Positions 51,621 to 64,000 of a stretch of 64,000 bases of DNA are shown here, piece by piece. Made by a program: the position numbers and the translations under genes. The DNA lies in the NCBI RefSeq assembly GCF_001194135.2, contig NC_068993.1:25601059-25665058 (forward strand), written 5' to 3'. Position 1 is the first letter of the stretch. Each line of letters begins with the position of its first letter. This DNA is from Octopus bimaculoides (Eukaryota). The notes under the pieces were generated by a model. The model saw only the letters and a list, made by a program, of their open reading frames with translations. It did not search any database and had not been told where the DNA came from.

Positions 51621-53460
51621 ATTTGTTCATTCATTTTTAATGCCCATTTTTGCATGAGTTAGTTGAATATGTTACTAAGGCAATGGTTTACAACTGAACG
51701 CCCTTTTTGTCATTAACCCTTATTTGCTTTTCAAGTTAAGAGCTCTCTTATTCCACATGGTTTTGAAGGTAAAAAGCAAGCAAATGGTATTTTGACAGAA
51801 GTGACATCGTCATCACTGAAGTAAATGCAAATGTAAACAAACACTGACACACATACACACACATCCATGGGCACACAGACACATGCAAATATGCAAAAGA
51901 CACACACATATATATATGTATATACACACACACACTCAATTATACAATAGATCTGTTTTAGATAATTTCATCAATTGGTTTCAGAGTGAGAAAAAAACTA
52001 ACAAATTTTCCAGTTTGTTGACCACTTTATGAGAGCCTGCTTCTTTTTCTGACTCATGATTTCTTATATATTTATGTATGTATGTATATTCACATGTGTG
52101 CATGCATGTGCATATATGCATATATGTCTATGTATACACGCATACTGACATATAAGTATATATATGTATATATACATACATACTTATATGTCAGTACATG
52201 TGTATACAGTTATATACATCTGTGTGCATATGTGTGTTTATGAGTGTGTGTGGTGTATGTTTGTGAGTGTTTGTTTTGTGTTTGTGTGTGTGTGTGTGTA
52301 ATGTTTGATAGCAGGTAAAAAAAAAACAACTCAAAACCAATATAAACCAATTAACTTGACAGGGTTTCACACCCCTTCTTACAGGCAGCATCTACCTTGG
52401 GCAGCTGATAAGTAAACTGGGTCATTCCCTTCTCCCATTTAGCAATAAAATTGTCATACCTGATTCCATCACATGAGTGTGGAGGGGAGATGGGTGTGGT
52501 TTCTGGTACATTATTAAATGAGAAAATAATGGTTGAGGGTGGAGTGAGGCCCTAGCGTGTTACTAAGTTTGGCATCTGAATAGCAGGAGAGACCTACTGG
52601 GAAGAATTACAAGTGATTCCTGATAATTGGGAAAATGTATAAGAACTTCATTTCTATCACCAGTTAACATCATCTGTCTTGCTATCATCAGCCTCCTTCT
52701 TCTTGTCCATCATCACTGGCAGCTGTGTCATTTCCACACAGTTGTTGTGATAATTATGATGTTGATGTTGATGATGATCATTATGATGATCCAGCATCAT
52801 CATCATCACCAACATTATTACTACAACCTTCCTTATTATCATCAGCAACATTATCACTACAACAACCATTATTATCATCATCATCATTAGCATTATCACC
52901 ACTACCATAGCTACCATCATTATCAACAACATTATTGTTATCATCACCATTATCATCACCACAAAACTTCCATCATTATCACCAGCATCACTGTTATTAT
53001 CACAAGTATATCATTTTCATAGTAAGAAAACTCACCACCATCATGTCAACACTGCCATCACATGAACACTGTTATTACCACTACAAGGACATCAACACTG
53101 TTTCCACAATCACCAGAACCACTACAACAAACACCAACACCACCACACCAGTACTGCTACTGAAGTACATCTCTACCTTTATCATCACTATCAGATTTAA
53201 GGCTGCAAGTTGGCAGAATCATTAGCATGCTGGACAAAATACCTACCAATATTTCTTCCAGTTTTTCATTCTGAGTTTGAGTTCTGCCAAGTATTAAAGA
53301 ATAAACCCTTTTTATATACTTCTATGAAGCTTTGCATCGTATTTCAATGAGACAAACCCACCAAAACTGCATCACCTCTTCCTCTTAATCTCCATTCCCT
53401 ATTTTTCGGATATAGTTGAAAACAAAGTGAGAGTATCCTTTGACTATAAATATGTGTGTA

Positions 53461-53750
53461 CAGGGTGCAATGAGTAAATTGTCACCATTTTATATTTTTA
53501 ACTTCATGCATGCACATTGTTTGCTTTTGATTTTTTCAACTACATACCATAGTAGCGTCAGTTGGGCACCATCTGTGAGAAAAACAGCACCAAGATGCAA
53601 TTCACTCTACCAGAAATTTGGAAATGACATGCTGTACTGCTTGGCATTCTTGCCAGAAGCTCCAATATGAACATTTCAGAGTGTCAGGTGTCAATTTGAG
53701 TCCCCAGAACATGTACTGAGAGTGGTAAAAATCAAACATTCAGTTTTACT
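53461..53750 (+). mobile_element. maT/DD37D element left end
   Basis: (ta)CAGGGTGCAATGAGTAAATTGTCACCA..., homologous to 23438-23680. Confidence 0.8.
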
Positions 53751-54933
53751 GGGTTTTGAAACTGGATAGTAAAAATTCCTATGATTAGCAGCCACCTACA
53801 TGTTTAGCAATGAAATAAAATAATTTTTTAATTTTTGTGCATATTAGAAAATTTGAACTGGTCTTACGATAGATTATTATCCTTAAATTAGGTATATGCA
53901 GCCATTTTATAACTCCCATGAACAACTAATTGTTGAGTTTCCTGTTCATCCTGATGAGGGGATCATTGCTTCGATGCACCTTAACTCATAATCGAACCAC
54001 GGCAGTGAACTCCCAAAATGGCCATAGATGTATTTGACTTGATTTTGTGGAAATCTCTTATGCTCCTGAACTCCAACTTTTCTCTTAGAGTAAGAAATTT
54101 GCCCAAGTTGTTTTCTAAGATTCTGAAGGAGAATTTTCCAAAGAATCATAAATACTACAGCATCTGCAATAAATCGTTCATCAAATTTTCTTACTCAATA
54201 ATGCTGAATTTGACCTCCATTATCGCATCTATTAATAGAAACAAATAATATGCTACTCATTTCATACATGTATATATATCTATTTTTTTTTACCTATTTC
54301 AGTCATAAGACTGAGGCCATGCTGGAGCATCGTCTTGAAGAATTTTAGTTGAATGAATCAACCCCAGGACTTATTTTTTGTAAAACCCGGTACTTATTCC
54401 ATTGATTTCTTTTGCTGATATATATANNNNNNNNNNNNNNNNNNNNNNNNNNNNNNNNNNNNNNNNNNNNNNNNNNNNNNNNNNNNNNNNNNNNNNNNNN
54501 NNNNNNNNNNNNNNNNNNNNNNNNNNNNNNNNNNNNNNNNNNNNNNNNNNNNNNNNNNNNNNNNNNNNATATATATATATATATATATATAGTAATAAAC
54601 CAAAAAAAGTAATTCCTTCAAAGGGGTGTGTAAAACATCCAGTTCACTGGTACATCAGTTAAATACTGCATAAATAGGGGTGTAATGCAAATTACAAACA
54701 AGAAATTAAATAGAGAGATTCAATTGACAATCCAATAATTTAGTTATTCATAACTATAAAAGAAAGTTTGTATGTGTGTGTGTGTGTGTGTGTGTGCATG
54801 TTGACTTTGACATATGAGGTATCAAAAGATTCAGTACTATTTCCACTATCAACTAAACTTCATTTTCATTAACATATTTCCATTACAAAAATTTAAAATT
54901 ACGATCTTTTCCATAACTTAACTATTGTAAGCA

Positions 54934-54960
54934 TTTTATATGACGATGATGATGACGTCA
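54934..54960 (-). promoter_or_regulatory. Candidate CRE + TATA core promoter facing the EGF gene
   Basis: Palindromic TGACGTCA at 54953-54960, then TATAAAA on the minus strand at 54940-54934; motif match only. Confidence 0.25.
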
Positions 54961-55189
54961 CATTTTCTGTATGAGTGTGTACCATAAAAGACACCCGTCA
55001 TTACGACACATACCTTCTCTCACTCACTGTACCTCTCTCTCTCTTTCTCTTTCGCACACACACACACACACACACACATCTATTTCATATACACATACAT
55101 ACATCTTATTTTTACGGAATGATCGAGTGAAATGCAGAATGAGAATATAGACAGAGAGACAAGAGAAAGAATCAGAGACAGAAAACAAG

Positions 55190-55450
55190 TTTCTATAGGA
55201 GAAGATGACAGGGATAGCAGGTGAGAGTGAAATGCTGATGTTCCATACCCTGTGTATGTTCTATAGTTGAAAGTGAAAGAAAGCCAATAGAAAGTTGACA
55301 CTATATGTTCTATAGGTGAAGGTGAAAGACAGATAGCGGGTGAGAGACAGACACTGATGTTTCATACCCTATGAAGTGAAAGAAAACCAGCACAAAAATG
55401 ATACTGCATGTTCTATAGGTGAAGGTGAAAGAAAGCAGCACAATTAGAGT
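55190..55450. repeat. Degenerate tandem repeat with alternating long and short units
   Basis: ttctatag(g/t)(t/a)gaa(g/a)(g/a)tga at ~55193, 55258, 55308 and 55410; gatagc.ggtgagag...ctgatgtt.cataccct only in the 1st and 3rd units. Confidence 0.7.
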
Positions 55451-56639
55451 GGGAAAGCGGGAGAGAAATGATGTTGTGTCATACAATTTGAAGGCCATTT
55501 TCACTTTCGTCCCATGTTTCACGCGTGCATAGAATTAGGCATTATCTTTCTTTCATTTTCTTATTATAATGTACGGAGACCTGCTGTTAACATATTACAA
55601 CTTCACTACATTTCCTTTTTTTGGAATTAAGAAAGGTATACAAAAATAACTTCCTTTGCCACACACACACAGAGTTCTGTATAAATTATGTTATTTTTTG
55701 CAGTGCACTAAATTACAGCTCAAATCCTATGGAAATTACCTTTTCCAATTCTGTCATTCCTGTTTGTGAGGAGTGTATTTCAAAACTTGATCTTTCATTT
55801 AAACTTACAAGGAAGTTATCTCAGAAGCCCTGTCCTTTACCTATTGTTTCTAGCATGTCTGAGATGACATTTGCATACCCCACCACCACCACCACCACTT
55901 ATTTCTTTCCTCAATTCACTCACATTCCTATGTTTTCCATACAGGAGATTTGCATTTTGCCTGAAAGCGAGTAGCCAATGGGTAGCCAAGGTGGGGAAGG
56001 GGCATTTGGTATTTCTTTCAGAAAAATTAAATTTTCAAAAACAAATTATATTTCACGCATTTTTAATCTCTGTATTTTTCCACATGCATAAAAAGCAAAA
56101 TTCAAAAAACAGTTAAAAATTAGGAAATTTTGGTGGGGAGGGGTGGAATTATAATTTTAAAAACAAGATTTCTGGCCAAAATCATATTAACCCCTTTTTA
56201 TTCCATGAAACAGTACATAGTTTGTGATCCTTCTTAAGAACATAATTCACTTTCATGCAAATTGTAGCCCCCCCCCCACTTCACTTCTGGACAAACAATA
56301 ACTTCCATTACACCAGTAATCCACTCCACTATATATCAGCTAACAGCATCCATTGTGCTTATCATGACAGAGCATAACCAAATCATTCACAGTTTACCAC
56401 TTCTTCTCAAAATAACAGTATACAAATTGACACATGACTTTTCCCCCATCTTTTCATTTGTTACTAAAACATCAAATTATACAATGGACAACTTCAAATT
56501 GCTATGTCTTCCATTTTATATGTTCCTTAATCGTTTTCTCTTTTCAGCCATGCCACCAAAATGAAGACATTCTCATTTATCTTCACAAACAAAGACCGCA
56601 AAGAAAACTGCTTCTATTTGTGCTCAAGAAAACTCACTT

Positions 56640-58084
56640 CAGCGATGCCAAAATGTGTAATATTTGAAAATGATCAGACGACAGAAGTTCTGCTCTAAAC
56701 TACACTTATTGTCTGGGATGAATGCACGATGGCACACTGTGGTGCACTAGAAGCCCAAGATAGGTCACTAAGGGATATTAGAAACAATACTACCGTTGGA
56801 GGGGGAGGCTTAACTGTTATCCTCACAGGGGAACAGGGGATTTCCGTCAAATATTACCAGTCATACCATGGGGTACACAAGCTGACGACATCTATGTGTG
56901 TCTGAAGTTTTCACCTCTGTTAAGGTTTGTTCGTCAGCTTTCATTAAGCAACAATATGCGAGCTCATCTCCACAACGACCCCTTAGCTGTGGAATTCTTT
57001 CATCAACTTCTACAAATTGGAAATGGCGTTTTACCATTGAATAACAACCTGCAACAGTATATACTGCAATGTGGGCACATGGTGTCTACATTGGCCGAGC
57101 TTAAATAAATGGTATTTTGCACATTGCAAGATAACTTCAAAAACATAGCATGATTCACAGAGAGAGCTATTTTAGCACCTCGGAACGAAAGCATTGATAG
57201 AGTAATCCATGAACTCCTCCACATTCTACCTGGAGATGCTTTAACGTTTGTTTCCATTGATACCACCATCGACGAACATGTCACTGTTGACTATCCAGTT
57301 GAATTTCTCAACTCTCTACAACCCACAAGACTGCCACCCATTAGTTTTTCTTAAAGAAAGGTGCACCGACCCACCACAACTATGCAATGGTACAAGATTG
57401 ACTGTAACTACAATGACAAGTCATGTCCTACAAGCAACCATTATTGCCAGCTGTCATCGAGGAGAGATCGCATACATTCCCCGCATGCCCCTTATTCACT
57501 CAAATGTGTCATTTCAATTCAAGCGCCTCTGGTTCCCAGTGTAACTATGCTTTGTTATTACAATCAACAAAGCCCAGGGTCAAACTTTAAAAATTGTGGG
57601 TTTCAATTTACAAATACTCTGCTTTTCTCATGGACAACTATATATCACATGCTCTTGAGTTAGCGGTGTAGTGTATATTATTCTATCAATACTAGGCTTA
57701 CACAAAACATAGTTTACCCAGAAGCATTGTCAGTTTCACTTAACATATATAGAGGTGTGCAGTCTGCCCAAACATTAGAGATGATGCTTTTCATAATGAA
57801 GCAGCTTTCTTTCCAATACGGATACCTCTACATCCTCATACATCATCCAGTTCCTTAAATCCACCAGTCTAGGTAATTCTGGGGGCAATATTAGGATTTC
57901 TTTCTAATCTAAGCTGCCATTCTACATGTTTTTGGCGTCAACAGTTTCAACATTGATCGTGTTTCTAAAGAAGAGTTGTTTGCTTCACACTCCTCGTGTG
58001 CTGATTCTACCCATAAGAAAGAAACAGATAATACAATGTGGCTGTAGGTCATTACACCCGGGCAACACCAGGATGCTTTGCTAG
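56640..58084 (+). mobile_element. Helitron 3' portion with PIF1 helicase pseudogene
   Basis: TLIVWDECTMAH...GDFRQILPVIPWGTQAD...LSNNMRAH...LLQIGNG...RAILAPRN...YPVEFLNSL...LCNGTRL...IPRMPL...FQFKRLWFPV...TINKAQGQTL...FSHGQLY; 3' hairpin acccgggcaacaccagga followed by CTAG|T at 58081-58084. Confidence 0.92.
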
Positions 58085-58295
58085 TAATATAACATAATAC
58101 ACTATCAATATAATACAATATATGATAACATAAAAAATTATTAAAAAACCAAAAAAGCCAAAATTTGTTTCGACATATACATTATTTGATTTATAAACTA
58201 TTCATATACATTTATATAGGTCTCTTCAGAGCTTTGGTTTAAAGACAGATGAAATTCTGTGTGAAAGGATGGCTAGATTGTTATCTTATATTATA

Positions 58296-58585
58296 CTAGC
58301 AGAGATACTCAGCCTTGCTCGGGATTAAAATGGCATAGTTTTTTTTATTGTTCTACTTGTTTTAGTCATGTGACTGCGGCCATGCTAGAGTCGAAAAAAT
58401 CGACCACCGGATTTATTCTTTGTAAGCCTAGTACTTTTTCTATCAGTGTCTTTTGCTAAACTGCTAAGTTATGGAAATGTAAACACAGCAACATCGGTTG
58501 CCAAGCAATGGTGGGGGTACAAACACAGACACACACACATATATACACATATATATGACAGTCTTCTTTCTACACACATATATAA

Positions 58586-58674
<89 letters not shown>

Positions 58675-59589
58675 TGTACATACATATACATATATATATG
58701 CATATATGCACACATATATGTACATACATATACATATATATATATGCATATACACACATATATATACATACACATATATAAACATATGGTGACATTCGTG
58801 CGGGTGACACGTAAAAGCACCCACTACACTCTCTGAGTGGTTGGCGTTAGGAAGGGCATCCAGCTGTAGAAACTCTGCCAAATCAGACTGGAGCCTTGTG
58901 TTGCCATCCGGTTTCACCAGTCCTCAGTCAAATCGTCCAACCCATGCTAGCATGGAAAGCGGACGTTAAACGACGATGATGATGATGATGATGATATATA
59001 TATATATATACACATATATACATACATATATATATAAATATATGTATGTATAATATATNNNNNNNNNNNNNNNNNNNNNNNNNNNNNNNNNNNNNNNNNN
59101 NNNNNNNNNNNNNNNNNNNNNNNNNNNNNNNNNNNNNNNNNNNNNNNNNNNNNNNNNNNNNNNNNNNNNNNTATATATGTATATACATACGTATATATGT
59201 ATATATATACGTACATCATGATGATGATGATGATGTACATACATATACAAACATGTGTATAAATATGTATTGAAAATAATAGAAATGAAACTAATACATA
59301 TAGATACATAATGAAAGTAATTGAAATTGAAACCATAAAATAGTGAAAGTTTTAATAGAGAAGTTACTGTTTCACTTTTGACACATAATACGGAAACAGT
59401 GTAAGAGATAAGAGATTGCTCTGGGCTCGCATTAGGCAAGAAGTTTTAAATTTTGGGGGACCCATGACACTGCATGGACCCTAAGTAAAGCATGTGTAAA
59501 ATTTAAATGAAATCCGCTGGGTAGTTCTCCAGTTTTAGTGATGCAGACAGACAGACAGACACACATATTCTCAGTTTTATATATATAGA
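58296..59589 (-). mobile_element. Complete non-autonomous Helitron carrying nested SINE, RTE and microsatellite insertions
   Basis: Minus strand: A|TCTATATATATAAAACTGAG...(TGTC)n at 59589; hairpin ATCCCGAGCAAGGCTGAGT + CTAG|T at 58323-58296; A-T insertion site. Confidence 0.8.
58790..58995 (+). mobile_element. RTE-type LINE 3' end nested in the Helitron
   Basis: gacacgtaaaagcacccactacactctctgagtggttggcgttaggaagggcatccagctg...gcggacgttaaacgacgatgatg. Confidence 0.85.
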
Positions 59590-59798
59590 TTATTTTCATA
59601 GTATATTATGTCATATTATAATATAAATGAATTATTGGAATGCCAATTGAATCTCTATTTACGTTATTGTTTATATATGTGTATATATATATATATGTGT
59701 ATATGCATATGTATATATATGCATACACATAAATGTATTTATATATATGTATATATATATATATGTATATATGTATATATGTATGTATATATATATAC

Positions 59799-59852
<54 letters not shown>

Positions 59853-59959
59853 ATATGTAATGATGTATTAAAAAGAATTAACAGTGCAGGGCTACAAATC
59901 GTCAGAGATCTAGCTATAGATGATAGAACCAAACCCTACATCCCTCAAAAGCCCTGGGT

Positions 59960-60760
59960 TATGCTTAAGGACCAGAAATATAATTTTCTTATCGACCCCT
60001 CAGTTAGAGGAGGGAAGGAGATAGAGTTTAAAAGATGGAGAGCATGGTTAGTGTCGTGGATGTGGGAGGGGAGGGAAGCCACTAGGTGGGCAAGGACACA
60101 GGTGAAGTATTTCGAGATCAATTCCATGGGGCAGTTACAGGCGGAGACAATGGGGCAAACCAGGGTTGTTGGGCTTGTGGATTTTGGGAAGGAAGGAAAT
60201 GGTGGGAGTGCATGGAGTGCGGAGAATGAAGTTGGAGGGAGGTGAGGGAGAGGGAGGGAGATGGGAGAAGGAGATGAGGTCATGGATAGTGGAGGACACA
60301 GTCTGTTGGTAGCTAGGCATGGGGTTGGAGGTCAGAGGGCAATAGAAGGAGGTGACTTGAAGTTGGCGGAAAGCTTCAGCCTTGCAGAGGTCTGTGCACC
60401 TCACCACCAGGGCTCCACCCTTGTCAGCCTGTTTTACGATGATGTCTTTGTGGTACCAGAGATATTGAAAGGCTGAGAGTTCAGCCGGGGAGGTGTTGAG
60501 ATGTCAGGAATGCCTGTGAAAGTTAAACCGGTCCACAACACATTGGCAGACGCTTGCAAAATGAGTGACTGCTTGGAACTGGCCAGGAGCTGGCATCCGG
60601 TGGGATGGTCAGTGGCCCAGGTCGGTGAAGCAGTTCTCTTCATTAGATGCAGGTGGAGTATTGTGGAATAGTGCATATAGCCTGACATGGCACACAAAGC
60701 TATAAATATCAGCATGGGTCTGAAATTCGTTACTGGATGGAATGAAGGGGATGAAGCGCA
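59960..60760 (-). mobile_element. Penelope-like element reverse transcriptase N-terminal fragment
   Basis: KQADKGGALVV; TPCTPTISFLPKIHKPNNPG; PIVSACNCPMELISKY; SLPSHIHDTNHAL: diagnostic PLE RT motifs, frameshifted. Confidence 0.88.
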
Positions 60761-61799
60761 GGATAGATGTATGTATATATATAGATGGATAGATTGATAT
60801 ATAGATATATACATATAGATATATAGATATCTATGCATTTAGGTGTGTGTGTGTGTGAAACACTTTGAGAACAAGAAAGATGTCAAGAAAGAATATTATA
60901 AAACCCCTCAAGTAATATAGTAATCAAGATGGGGGAAAGTAAAACATTTTTATTTCTTTATATAATCTTTCTAATTTAGAATATTTTCTTTTTTGAAGTC
61001 TTGCTGGTGTTTCTTACTGTATATTTAGAAACGTATTTTTAAGGATGTGAGAATCTTGTTTTCTCTTTAATCCAATTTAAACTTTGTATTACATAGAACT
61101 GGAAAATATCAAGTAAAATCTAGAATTTTCTTTTATTTTGGTTACTAACCACAGACTACAAGACCAGCGCCTAACTTTGACTTCTGTGAAATGTGATGCA
61201 AGATAAATCTCGTCATAGGCACTGTACATGAATATTATTGGTAAGCTTTCTCTATGGCTAGAAAGATAAAGTTACCACTCAAAGACATAATAAAATCTCT
61301 TATTTGATGATTACCAACAAATGCTTGGTTATATTTATTGTGGAAACAAACAATAGTAAAATGGTTTCATCTTTACTTCAAGCATAGGTCATTGACACCA
61401 AGTCTCTGGTGCAGAAGAAGCAAGAAGGCACTAGGCTCCATCACCTACGGTTGCAGAGAAACTCACTTGCTTGTCAACTAACTCCTGCCTGTGAACTGCC
61501 TCCTTCCTGTGAAAAGGTGCACTTGGTTGACTCACCATTCCAGCCTGTCATTTCTGTCTGTTAGCTCAACTCACATCACAGCCTGCCATTAGTTTCAAGA
61601 TCACTTCACACAATAGCAAATGATCCTCTACCCTCTAACACACGCACACACAGGCGCTCACGCACACGCATGCACACACACCAAAATTCTTTCAACAACT
61701 AAAAAGGATTTACTATCTCCCTGTACACCCCTTGGCAACTATTCCTATCTAATTACAACTATCTACAAGTGAGAAATCCAGCCAAACCCCAGCCCTCAC

Positions 61800-64000
61800 A
61801 TCATCTCATTGTTAATTGTCCACTAAGGCTGACCTTCCATAGCATTGTAATGATCTCTTCTCATTTATCATCACTAGCTTAATCATTTGTTGAGCCAATC
61901 ACCCTATGACTTCCAGCACTTGAGATTGGCATTCTCTTGACAGAAATGTTATTCCATAATTAACATTTGTCACTCTTCCCTGCCCCACTAAGCTGTACAG
62001 CATGCATTCAGTGGTTCCATTGAAACATCATCTCCAATGTGAACATGTACATGTCCTTCATCTCTTCCAGTCTCACTGGTACAGCACTCAGGTATCTCCA
62101 CTCAAACAAGAACACTGCCCAATGGGGCACCAACTCCTCTGCCTACTATAACTGAGATGACATGATGCACTAGAACACTGCGACAGTCAGGGAGGTATAA
62201 CCTCTTTCAGCTATGACTTGATCATTTAATGGTGTCTCTCTACAATCCTGTCTCTTCTCAGTCGGTACATAATTCTAAAGTAGTGCCTGATATTCCACCT
62301 GTCTTGAATTTCTCTCATTGATTCTGAACAAAATGTGGTATTTTTGTCCCATCCACTGAGTACTTCTCCAAAAAGATTTCCCTTAGAACCTTTGCAACTT
62401 TAACTGCAGCCTCTATCCTAACTCCCTCTATGTAGCTACTTGACCAGGCCTACAGTCAATCATAGTAAAATACAATCTTGCCAATAGTACATTACATCCA
62501 CTGCCAGTTGTCTTTCACTTAGATATTTCCTGTTTCATACACAGGCTTGACTGACTGATACCTGTTACCACTTCTAACTACCTTCTAAACCTCCCTGATG
62601 ACATTCAAAGACAAACTTTCCGACCAAAAACAACATTCTGACACCCCTATTTAGTGCATGTTATGCATTGTCTTCAACTCCAGGTACCGCAAACATCGAA
62701 CTTTAGTCATTCATCTCTCAAAATCTTCTGGTACTCCCACCCAGGTTTTCCTCATCTTGGTAAAATCATCCATTTCATTTTCCTCTGAAGACACCAGCTT
62801 TGAAACTTCAGGTCAAATATGGCAATCAACTCACATGGAATTCCAAGGAATCACTCAACAATCATCTCAGTGGCTCCCTTTGCTCAAATTCTTCTCTCAT
62901 TTGTGGTTACTGATTCTCTCCACCCAAGCACAGTAGCTTAATCAATCCAAATTTGAATATCATGCAACCCCTACCTCAGAGCTCTACAGTACAATATCCT
63001 ATTTGTCTATCCTATCTTTCCTCCTAAGCCAGACCACATCCTTCACCTCAGCATCATTTATTTCTAGAACAACTCCCAAAGCTATTCTATTAGTATCACA
63101 CCATACAACACCCTTTTCCAACTCCCTCTCCATGATATCCTTCATCATTGCAGTTGTCTTCTCTCCAGCTTCCTCTCCTCAGTTCATTCTATTAGTTCTC
63201 CTCTTTGCATAGCTACATGCAGTTCAGAGCCAACAAGTGATAGGTTAGAGACCTACCTATAATGCACACATTGTGCATTATGGCAATTTAAATCATCCTT
63301 TAAACCTGGAATCTCATTTCCCCTCTAAAACACCAGCCTGCCCAACATGCTTTTCTTCAGCCTCAGTGCTAATATTGTCTCTCTTACCATAGATTCCAGC
63401 AATTTCACAGCCAGCCCAAACATTTTCAGATGATCCACAATCCACGCTGCCATCACCACTGTCTCATCCACCAAGATGTGATCTAAGTAGGTGTTGGTGG
63501 CCCCTTTCACTCTGTCCTTGTTTTTCTAATACCATCTTGAGAGTTGTTGCCATGATTTTCAGCATCGATTTTTTTTTTCAAACCATAGATATTACTCCCG
63601 CATTTCACCAGCTGGTATTTCTACTTCTCGGCTACACAAGGCTGCAGGTAGACTGACTTCAAATTAACTATCATAGAAGCCCCCATCATTTGTTTTGACT
63701 CTTGCAAGGTCTTTCTATCTGCATCTGTAGTCTCACTACCTTTGTGACATACCAAATGGTAAACCATGTCCACTGGCCAGATCTTATTCTTCATTAGCTA
63801 AACAACTGTCATCAGTGACAACGCTTCATTCTCCACTTCTTCCTCCCACATCATTAAAATGCCTTCCTTAATCCATATCTTCACCACCCTCTCAAATTTG
63901 GCTTTTTCCTCCACCCACTTTTCAAAAACATCTTTTGTTGCAGTTCACCCTATTGTACAGAAGAAGAAGGAAGGCTCTGTGCTCCATTACAAATCAGCAG
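61800..64000 (-). mobile_element. Highly decayed LINE (probably CR1/L2-like ORF2)
   Basis: GVGAPLGSVLV (similar to GVPQGSVLG) near 62130-62110 followed by HIGDD near 62040; YLDHILV upstream; heavily disrupted. Confidence 0.4.

Noticed and set aside
53946-54248. Overlapping ORFs on both strands as a possible first exon
   Set aside because: No signal peptide, no convincing donor, and an adjacent Penelope-like motif suggests decayed repeat.

Overview
AT-rich, microsatellite-dense eukaryotic genomic DNA with several N gaps. The SINE/RTE repeat families look like those of a coleoid cephalopod, probably Octopus (inference from recognised repeats, not a search). The only well-supported host gene is on the minus strand and is not visible in the supplied ORF track. 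It has seven GT-AG exons that all begin in phase 1 and end in phase 1, spread over 3473-35608. These encode one Cys-rich ephrin-receptor-like (GCC2/GCC3) plus EGF module followed by six calcium-binding EGF domains. The 5' and 3' ends of the gene were not found in the window. Between the 4th and 5th cbEGF exons is a candidate alternative terminal exon (7731-7610) that splices in frame and adds a hydrophobic C-terminal anchor followed by a stop. It is bracketed by a ~190-bp direct repeat. The introns and upstream region hold many decayed transposons: a near full-length R4/Dong-clade LINE with a nested Merlin (IS1595-like) transposase, DD34D, DD37D and DD41D-like Tc1/mariner elements, Helitrons (one with a PIF1 helicase relic), Penelope RT and LTR-like inverted repeats carrying hammerhead-like motifs, CR1 and RTE fragments, SINEs, MITEs, minisatellites and one complex duplication/inversion. 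No rRNA, tRNA gene or CRISPR array is supported.
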